From assembly GCA_964016885.1 (NCBI GenBank), contig OZ024754.1, forward strand, positions 9,796,001-9,860,000: a DNA stretch of 64,000 bases, given 5' to 3'. Shown one piece after another: positions 53,666-64,000 of the stretch (its first letter is position 1; each line of letters begins with the position of its first letter). The stretch comes from Eledone cirrhosa. Its lineage: Eukaryota. The position numbers and the translations under genes were made by a program. The notes under the pieces were generated by a model. That model did not search any database, was not told where the DNA came from, and worked only from the letters and a program-made list of their open reading frames with translations.

Positions 53666-54287
53666 AGGATGAAGAAGAAAAAGAAGAAGCAGAAGATGGA
53701 CATAGAATAGTCAATACATATTTTCTTATTGAAAATATATAATTTGGTTCCATGGAGATTTTTTCCCCCTCTGTTTTAACAACAAAAACAACCGTAGAAA
53801 AGGGAAGAAAGATGTATCAGATTGATAGCAAACTCCATATTGTATCAATGTTTGCTGTAATATAACGAGGAAATAAAATGGTTGAATTGAGTTTTACCTG
53901 TTCATTTTACACAGCCTTGATCAAGCTTGGAACTTAAAAAACCACAAATATTTAAATAAGTAAAATATTTCAATATTTTGCGCAAAAAAAAAATCAGAGA
54001 GAGAGAGAGAGAGAGAGAGAGAAAATTTTCACATTTCATTTGCATACAAAGAAAAGTCTTTTTTCATATATAAAGTTGAGAAAAGTGTAAATGTATGTAT
54101 ATGCATGTGAGTATATGTATGTGTATATATATGTGTGTGTGTGTGTGCATACACAGATAGGGACAAGGAAAGATATGTGCACGCACACACACATATATAT
54201 ATGTATATATATGTATGTATCTACATAAATATATATAAATGCATGTACACAAAGATAGGGAAAAGGAGAAGTGTGCGTGCATGTATG

Positions 54288-54318
<31 letters not shown>

Positions 54319-54931
54319 ACAGATAAAGAAAAGGAGAGGTGTGTGTATATATATATATATAAAATGTACACACAGATAGGGACAAGATGTGTGTATATAT
54401 AAATACATATACACACACACATATATACATTCTCACACAAGCAGACAGCAGACAGATACAGACATATGTATGTGTATATATATATATATATATATATTGC
54501 AGAGATGAACATTCCATATTCTCTCCATAACAGAAAGAAGAAAGAATTTCAAAATAAAAACCAAACGTGAAATAGAAAAGACTGGAAGAAAAGTAGAAAA
54601 ATAGAAAATTGATTTATGAAAAAATATTCAGATTGATAATAATAATAATAATAATAATAATAATAGTAATGATAATGGGGTATAATTGATAAAGTGTATT
54701 AGATGCAGGGGAATGAGGGGAGGAAGAAAACCATACACAGTACAATAATAGAATACACTCGAACTGGGTTTACAGTTTTAAAGTACAACAAAAATAAATA
54801 TAGTACTGACATTAGGAAGACATATGTATTTATATATATATATATATATATTGAAAGAATGCAAGGAAAGGAGGGTTAACCCAACTATAAATAAACTCAA
54901 CTCAACTGAGGACAAAGTAACAACGACAATG

Positions 54932-54971
<40 letters not shown>

Positions 54972-57809
54972 CCACAATAACAAGAAATCATAATAAATCA
55001 ATAATGAAAGAAATAATTTTTTTTTTTAAATGTCTTAAGTTGAATGAAACCATTTCCAGTCTTTCTGAATAGAACCAATACATCATGTAAAGAATATATG
55101 ATGGGATGTGAAATATCCTTCCTTCACTTTTGTTTTGATTCAGGTGTAATTAATAAGTTGCACGTAAAGTTGTGTTGTATCCAGTTTAGTTCCATATTAT
55201 CTTTTAAATTTATTTATTTTAATTTTAACTTTGAAAATAATCATGTCTAAACATCAACTTCTTTAAGTGTTATCAGAATACTAAGATGCTTTTATCTCCT
55301 CAAAGTATGTGCAAGACAACATGAAAGGTTATATAATAAACAAAGGCATTAATAATCATTTTTCTTCTTGAATTAAGATATTTTTAAAAGACTTGGTTTG
55401 TCTTTATTCTTTTATTTTTATAAACTTAAATTTAGAATAAAAAAATAAAAAAGTCATTTTATTATTAAATGCATTTTTCATTTGGCTAACCAATAGCTGC
55501 TTTTCTCAAGTATTGATCTGTGAATTACATTTTGTTATATTTTTAAATCACAAGAGATTAGCATTTTAAAAAAGCACATTAAACAATTTGTGTTTTTAAG
55601 AAAATTTATATTATAGATTTTTAAGACTAAAACTCACATCTAAATATGTTCAATACTCCCGTGGGAGAGGCAAAGTGAATAGACTTTTAAAACTAACTAC
55701 AAAATACAAATGGACATGTGATAAAATGGTTTTTATGCACAGTAGTAACAAATATTAAAAGAGGCGAATTAGCAGAGTCATTAGAATGTCAGATAGAGTG
55801 CTATGTGATATTCATTCCAGCTCTCCGAGTTCAAATTCTGCGAAGGTCAACTTTGCCTTTCATCCATTCAAAGTCGATAAAAAAAAAGTACCAGTCTAAT
55901 ACTGGGGTTGATTCTTCCTCTATATCTTTTTCTCACTTCCATTCTTTCACTCTCTATCTTTCTCTGGAAGAAATCTGCTGTTTTCAGACCCGGAGATGAG
56001 ATGAGCTCCGCCAGGTTTTAAAATGCCCTAAGAAACACTATATGTCAACACGGTGCCCCTAAAACTCCTTGAGGAGTTTTGGGTCTATGCAAACAGTAAC
56101 AAATATTATTTCTCAAATTCCCACTAACATTGAAATATTTCTAATTACTTTATAGTGAATTTCAAACTGTTTCAAAGCAAATCAGACAGACAAATAAGAA
56201 ATTGATTGACAAAATCCAAGACCTCATTTGATAACCAAGTGGGGTGAAGCTCATTAAATCAGACCAAGGAAGCAATATTTCCATTGGTCTTTCCATTGCT
56301 GATACTATCTACTAGTCGCAACTCCTGACAGAAGGAGCAACGTGAAATGAAATAAAGTGTTTTGCTGAAGGATATAACATATCGCCCAGTTCAGGAATCG
56401 AACTCACAATTGCAAATCTAATTCTCTAACCACTAAGACATGTATGCACCTTCACTAATTGAGACAGCAATATTCTCCAGAGAATTTAATTTAGCTCCCA
56501 ACAGGTAATGTCATTTCATTTCATGAAACATTTCTTGTGACTTGTGACAGAATTGGAATGATTTGCTCGTTATTTATGATATTATATCAGCAAGACAATC
56601 TAATAATCATTTGAAAACAAATGAAAGCCTATTGATCAATCAACGGCACAATTTAATTTATTTTCCATGCAGATAAGATTGTGTAGCAGCCAGTACTAGG
56701 TAGCTTTGAGCAGTTAATTAGCTAGAAGCACATTAACAACAAATCACAGCTGTTATTTCCAGAAATTCTTCACTAATTGACAATATTGACTGCAAAACAA
56801 ACACTTCCTAAGGAGAGCAGGAAGTGGGGTAGATGTCTTTGAAATAAATCTACTGATTACTTTCAGCAAACAGTGCAACTAGAGGAAAACAACAACTGAA
56901 AGAGTCTAATGATTCTATAGTTATTTTCAGTGGCTTTTATCAAAAACATGAATCTAGGAAAGAAGAGTACAAGAGTACATTCCTTGAAGGAAATTCTTTA
57001 GTAGTGGCTTAAGAGAAGAAACCATATATATCACCACAAATTTTAGCAGCAGGCAAAAGAGATATTAGAGAGCATTATTTGGGTTTCACTGGAAGAATCT
57101 AAAGAAAATCAATGGTAAATATGTGACCATTCTAATAAAAGAGGAAATCATGGTAAATTGGTTATTTACACTTTGAAAAGAACAAGTTCAGATAGTTTTA
57201 ATATTAATCATATCAATGATATTTAAAATGGTGTGTAAGACAAAATTTAATATGACAATGCCACAACTCAATAGGAGGATTTAGAAATGGAAAGTAATTT
57301 TTAAAATAAATATAGAATTTCTATAACTGATGCACCAGTTTGCTTTATTTATATCAATCCTAGAGGGATTAGCATTGATTTTAGATGTGCAATGATATTT
57401 CACTTTGCCGAGATTTGGGAATTCTATACAATCTTGATATAATATAGCCAGATCTAACTTTGGTTATATGAGGTCAAGAACACTATATTGGTGTTCTTTA
57501 CAATAGTCGAGATTAATTTCCCAGGTTTTCGGTAAATAAAATAGCTAAGTTAAATGGTTGGATATTAACACTGAAAATAACTCTACTGACATTGCTGCTA
57601 ATCCCAAAGAGACGAAGAGTTACAGTTCAAACCTTGAGAAGATTTCTTGCAATAATTCTTGAATGCCAATCAATGAAAGACAGTTATGTACTACATGGGT
57701 AGCCTTGAACAAAGTTGTTAAACTCTGCTGTAGATACCCCCCCCCTGCCACCTTCTCACTTTCTTTCACACATATACACGTGTGTATCTGAGCACCTGAA
57801 TGCATATAA

Positions 57810-57846
57810 GTGAATGTGTGTGTATGTGTGTGTGTACGTGTGTGTG

Positions 57847-57916
<70 letters not shown>

Positions 57917-58043
57917 TTCACTTATATGCATTCTGGTGTTCACATATATACATACATATATATATAGACATATATATATATATATATATATACACATACG
58001 TATATATATACACATACATATATATATATACACATATATATAT

Positions 58044-58076
<33 letters not shown>

Positions 58077-58601
58077 CACACACACATATATATATACACA
58101 CACACATATATATATACACACATACACATATATATATATATATATACAAACATATATAAATATATACATACATATATATATAAATAAATACACATATATA
58201 TCCACACATACACATATATATATATACATACATATATATATAAATATATACATACATATATATATATACACATACACACATATATATACACATACATATA
58301 TATATATACACATACACACATATATATACACATACATATATATATATATATATACACATACACACATATATATACACATACATATATATATATATATACA
58401 CATACATATATATATATACACATACACACATATATATACACATACATATATATATATACACATACATATATATATATACACATACATACATATATATATA
58501 CACATACACACATACAAATATATATAAATACACACATATATATACACATACATATATATATACACATACGCATATATATATATATATATATATACACATG
58601 C

Positions 58602-58643
<42 letters not shown>

Positions 58644-58710
58644 GCATACATATACATACATACATATATGTGTGTGTATATAATTATATATATACACACA
58701 CATATATATA

Positions 58711-58779
<69 letters not shown>

Positions 58780-58830
58780 GTGCACGCACGCACACACACA
58801 CATATATATATATGTATATACACACACACA

Positions 58831-58867
<37 letters not shown>

Positions 58868-58868
58868 C
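57810..58868. repeat. (TA)/(CA) compound microsatellite
   Basis: Read directly from the sequence. Confidence 0.95.
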
Positions 58869-60079
58869 AGGGCAATATACTTTAAAATAATACATATTGC
58901 TGTATGGAATGAATGTTTCATTCTGGAACAGATTTGCTTTCACATATTTTGCCTTTTGTTACTACTAGTCTATTTACATTCTTGTCTTGTAAAGTTAACA
59001 ATGGTCATGTGAGGAAGATAGGGAGAGGGGGGGGGAGATAGAGGGAGGGGGGGGATATAGGGAGGGGGGGGGGCAGATAGAGAGATAGGGAGGGCAGATA
59101 GAGAGAGGGGGAAAGAGGGAGAGTTAGAGAGAGGGGGAAAGAGGGAGATATATAGAGGGAGGGAGAGAGATAAAGAGAGAGGGGTCAGAGGGAGGGAGAT
59201 AGAAGGGGAGAGGGGGAGGGAGATAGAAGGGTTGAGAGAGAGAGAGGCAGGGAGGATAACAGAAAAACTGAGAAAGTAAAGGAAAAGCAGGGTTTATAAA
59301 ATTGATAACATTGCAGACAACAAAGGAGAAAGTAAAATTGGTTCTCACACACACACACACACACTCACTCTCTCTCACACACACACTTTCTCTCTCACAC
59401 ATCACACACACACTCACTCTCACACACACGCATCACACACACGCATCACACACACGCATCACACACACTCACACACACGCATCACACAGACACACTCTCT
59501 CTCTGTCTCTCACACACATCACACAAACACTCACACATCACACTCACTCACTCACACACACTATCTCTCTCTCTTTCACACACACACACAGGGGGTGCAC
59601 ATAACACACCTTTATATTCACACACATACCTCTGCTAGAATAAGTTGTATATAATTTGATTTGAAATTAATCTTGTATGGCCTCTTAGTAAATCAGATTT
59701 TTAGATCATGCTTGAAGGATAAGAATGTACAAATTTCCATCATTACAACCTCCATCACCACCACCACCACCATCATCATCTGAACCGTCAAAATTCCAAC
59801 AACTACAACTACTATTACTAAGAATAGTCACCATCACTACCACCATAGCCTTCAATCAACTACAGTACAGCTCCTATAGAGCTACTACACAGGAACTTGT
59901 GGCAATTGGAGTTAGAGAGGAGCTAACTACAAGTGGTAAACTTTCCTATATCACTGTATTTCGTATTAACTCTTTCATTACCATATTTCTAATACAATAC
60001 ACTGTATTTCAATTAATTAATGAAGATTTTGGTATGGTTAATTAAAATAACTAATTATTTCATTATTAAGATAGAATAG

Positions 60080-60455
60080 AGTGGTCGGTTGGCAGTATCG
60101 GTAGAGTGTCGGACACAATGCTTTGCAATATGGAGTTATGGCCCTTTGCGTTCTGAGTTCAAATCCCGCTGAGGTTAACTTTGCCTTTCATCCTTACGGG
60201 GTCGATAAAATAAAGTACCAGTAATGCACTGGGGTAACTGATGGCCTTGTGCCAAAAGTAGAAACAATTATATTATTGGATTGGCACAGTATTGGTAGAA
60301 CGTCAGACACCATGCTTTGCAGCTTAGAGTTATGGCCCTTTACGCGGTGAGTTCAAAATCCTGCCAAGGTTAACTTTGCCTTTCATCCCTACTGGGGTCG
60401 ATAAAATAAAGTACCAGTAATACACTGGCCTTGTGCCAAATGTAGAAACAATCAT
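60080..60455 (+). mobile_element. Two tandem SINE family B copies
   Basis: Two head/core/tail units joined through an ATT tract. Confidence 0.85.
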
Positions 60456-60559
60456 TAACTGTACTATCTGTATTTATTTATGTTATACTAATAAACTCCC
60501 CCCATCCGAAAGTAGAAAATTATTAAGACAGAATTAGCAACAAATGGTTCTTATAAGCC

Positions 60560-60990
60560 AAACTATTTGTAAAAGCCAAATTATCTTCAATTCGGTATTC
60601 TTGCCTAACTTTCCCTATGGACATGAATCTTGCATAACAACCAAAAGAATATCATCACAAATACAAGCGGCTGAATTTGTCGTTCCTCAAAGGTTTTTTG
60701 GAGTAACATTATTCCATAAAATGTATAGTGCGGAGATAAAGGAGTAGCTCCAAGTAGAACCACTACTTCTCTGCACTGAGAGATCACAGATTCGGTACTA
60801 TGGACATGCGGTTAGAATATCTAAGGAAAGAATTGTAGGAGAGATTTTACAGGCAGCTGATGAAGAGGGAGACAACAAGCAAGATAGTTGGATAACATCC
60901 ATAAGTTTAGTTGGTCTCACTTGGAGATCCAGCCAGATTCTTTCGAGATGATTACTTCTGACAAGGACCCCCTGGAAGGACTGTTTAAAC
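60560..60990 (+). mobile_element. Decayed RTE-clade LINE 3' fragment
   Basis: YGHES...QIQAAE...ELQVEPLLLCTERSQIRYYGHAVR; homologous to 53330-53665. Confidence 0.72.
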
Positions 60991-61006
60991 TGACTATTTA
61001 TTATCT

Positions 61007-61460
61007 ATGCCTACAAAATCAGAAAACAGCACAGCTCCCATGACTTTCGTAGACATTTTTTCACGCTCAGAGTTGCTGAAGCATGGAACAAACTGCCTGC
61101 GTCAGTTGTTAGCTGCCGAGACACTGCATCCTTTAAGACACTCATGCTTCCCGAAATACGCCAAAACTACACCTGATGTACCCCTTCCATACACATGCAC
61201 ACATGTGTGTATCATGACTCGTGCACTGTTCATTTTACTGATGTTTGTGCATTGCCCTATGTACTGTACATGCACTTTTTGATGAGTTGTGGTGCACCTG
61301 GGCACTGTACATAATATTTCTTTTTTATTATTATATCATGACTCATACACTGTTCATTTTCCTGACATTTGTACATTATTCTATGTACTATACATGCACC
61401 TTTGATGAGTTGTAGTGCACCTGAGCACTGTACACAATAATTTCATTATTATTATTATTA
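61007..61460 (+). mobile_element. CR1-clade LINE 3' end with duplicated 3' UTR and (ATT)n tail
   Basis: FFTLRVAEAWNKLPASVVSCRDTASFK matches the CR1 FFxxRVxxxWNxLPxxVV...SFK motif; terminal hairpin AGTGC-acctga-GCACT. Confidence 0.82.
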
Positions 61461-62696
61461 TCTATTAACTCTCTTGGTGTCAATAATATACTGATATATC
61501 TTTAACTTCACTCTTGTTATGTTCGGATGACATATTGGCATGTTTTAGTTGAGTTTGTGAAGCATAGTTTTAGTCAAAGTATGCTCAGCCACTTACAACT
61601 TAATTTCAGGAGCAGGCTGTTTGTTGATCAAACAACTGGAACACTGAACATTGAAACTGATGGAGGTCCTTCGTTTATCCATGTCTATGTGTATTCATGT
61701 GTGTGTGTGTATATGTGTGTATGCATGTGTGTGTGTGTATGCATGTGTATATATGTGTATGCATGTGTGTGTGTGTATGTTTGTGTATGCATGTGTGTGT
61801 GTATGCATGTGTGTGTGTGTGTGTATATATATACATGTGTGTGTGTGTATATATCCATGTGTGTGCATGCAGTTCCATTTCCAATTTAGTTCTTTATCCA
61901 CAGAGGATCGCTAATATTCACAAGACAACCGGCATGAAACATGCCATCAATTTAAATACACACACACTCACATATACACACACACCCACACAAGTATACA
62001 CATACACACACAAGTACACACACACACTCACATATACACACAAGTACACACACACTCACATATACACACACACAAGTACACACACACAAGTATACACATA
62101 CAAGTATACACATACACACAAGTGCACACACACACACAAGTATACACACACACACACAAGTACACACACACACAGGTATTTTTGCGTTTATGCCCATAAT
62201 GGGAAAGAGGACATATTTGTTTTCTAAAGAATAGTTAAATTATATGTAAACATGTAATCAACAAGAATATTTGTCTTACTTTATCTGTTTATTTATGTAG
62301 TAGACAAACCCCCCAACCTCCTTCCACCTCTCACACACACACACTCACATACACACACACACACACACACTCACACTCATACACACACACACACACTCAC
62401 ACTCTCACACACAAAAATTAAAAATAGGCAAAGTTAAGTGAACTAGAAAATATTACCTTTTATTTTTAAAAATAGACAATTGGCAATTTTACTAATTATG
62501 AGTTTAAATAGATGTAAAAGTAATTATATTTTTAATAAGTTAACTGTTTCAAATAATTTATTCTTATCACTTTCGTTATACAAAATATTAAATTGGAAAC
62601 ATTTCTATTTTGGCAAACAGTGAGTAGCTTATATGTATAGATGTGTGCTTGTTTGTGTATGTATATATATATACATATATATATATATATACCCAT

Positions 62697-62739
<43 letters not shown>

Positions 62740-62860
62740 CATACATATATACCTTCATTTCATTCTACTTTTGAAAAGCATAAGAACTGTGAACCTGTAA
62801 AGGAAACAAATAGATATTCTTAAAAAGACTCCAGCTGCATTTTCGATTTCTTTTCCATAC

Positions 62861-62923
<63 letters not shown>

Positions 62924-62937
62924 TACATATATATATC

Positions 62938-62972
<35 letters not shown>

Positions 62973-64000
62973 CATCATCATCATCATTTAACGTCCATCT
63001 TCCATGCTAGCATACGTAATATATATTTAATACACACACATATGTATAGAAAGCAATTCATAGTTATTTTTAATGCAACAACTTATTGACATGCTTACGT
63101 ATTAGAGAAACCAGGCTATATATTGAGAGAAAAATAAAAATAAAATAATAATAATAGTTTTAAAAATAAACACTAATTTATAAAGATCTCTAAATATAAG
63201 TGGTATCTCTTAATCATAGTCCTTAAGCAGGAATCCTCTAAGTAGTATTTGCAACATCCTCTTTCTGGCAATTTGGAGGAAATAGGGAAAAAAAATGGAT
63301 AAATAAATAAATAAATAAGAGAGAAAATATAAAAGGGTTATATAATGAAGTTAGCGAACAAGTAAGGTTAGTGTTAACATAAGATATTAAATAAAATGTT
63401 TATCGTATGCATTCATAGTTTCTGCTTTCACCAGTTTCAAACCCCAAACATGAACCTGGGAAGAGATACCTCACTAGAATAGTAGATCATTTATGATATG
63501 TTACATAAATGATAGATCCATCAAAAGACTGGTGTAGGGGTTCTGAGAACAATGTGGCTTTGCAGATGATCAATGCAAATTGACAATGGAAAAGAGCTCC
63601 CGCTTGAGTTAGAAGAGAACTATTGACCTTCAGGAGAAGCAGCAACCCCTGATTCTATTCAGCAACCAATGCTCCTAGGGGCAGCCCTGATTCTTCTTAT
63701 TTGAGAGTGTAAATTGGCCAGATTAGATTAGATTGAGAATCAGGTTTGGGTTAAGGTATAGGAAACAAGTTTTAGATTTTTAGATGGTTTGGTATCACAA
63801 AAGAGTTACTATTACTTGTTCTACCAGCTCTTTCCTCCCAGTTATATATCGATCGATCGAGTTTCGCCAAATTGGACCAAGGAATCTTTGTTTCCGTCGG
63901 TCTTTCCAGTTGCTAGTAACTATCTATCGGTCGCAACTCCAGGTAGAAGGAGCAACATGAAATAAAGTGTCTTGCTCAAGGACATAACGCATTGCCCGGT

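Overview
AT-rich, microsatellite-saturated animal genomic DNA. The SINE/LINE repertoire and repeat style look like a coleoid cephalopod, probably Octopus (inference). Only two host coding exons are supported, both on the minus strand: 27306-27384 and 10242-10322. They have canonical splice sites and splice in frame to [53 protein letters not shown], which is the CNH domain of the Misshapen/MIG-15/MAP4K4-MINK1-TNIK kinase. The rest of the window is therefore most likely giant introns of this gene. They contain (TA/CA)n and triplet tracts, minisatellites (20, 23, 29, 42, 48, 55, 60, 62 bp), two tRNA-type SINE families, RTE, CR1, Tx1 and Dong/R4 LINE fragments, hAT, piggyBac-like and Tc1-like MITEs and a Helitron. 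Almost all long ORFs in the supplied track are microsatellite artefacts. Most notable: (i) a set of type I hammerhead-ribozyme motifs, including a complete-looking one, a two-copy family with an ~80-nt stem II, and a pair inside a 400-bp foldback; (ii) a 63 x 42-bp array that is open for ~885 codons on the gene strand and in phase with the upstream kinase exon (candidate alternative terminal exon); (iii) a three-copy bipartite RTE-derived non-autonomous retroposon ending in a C2H2-finger remnant, a stem-loop and an (AT)n tail.
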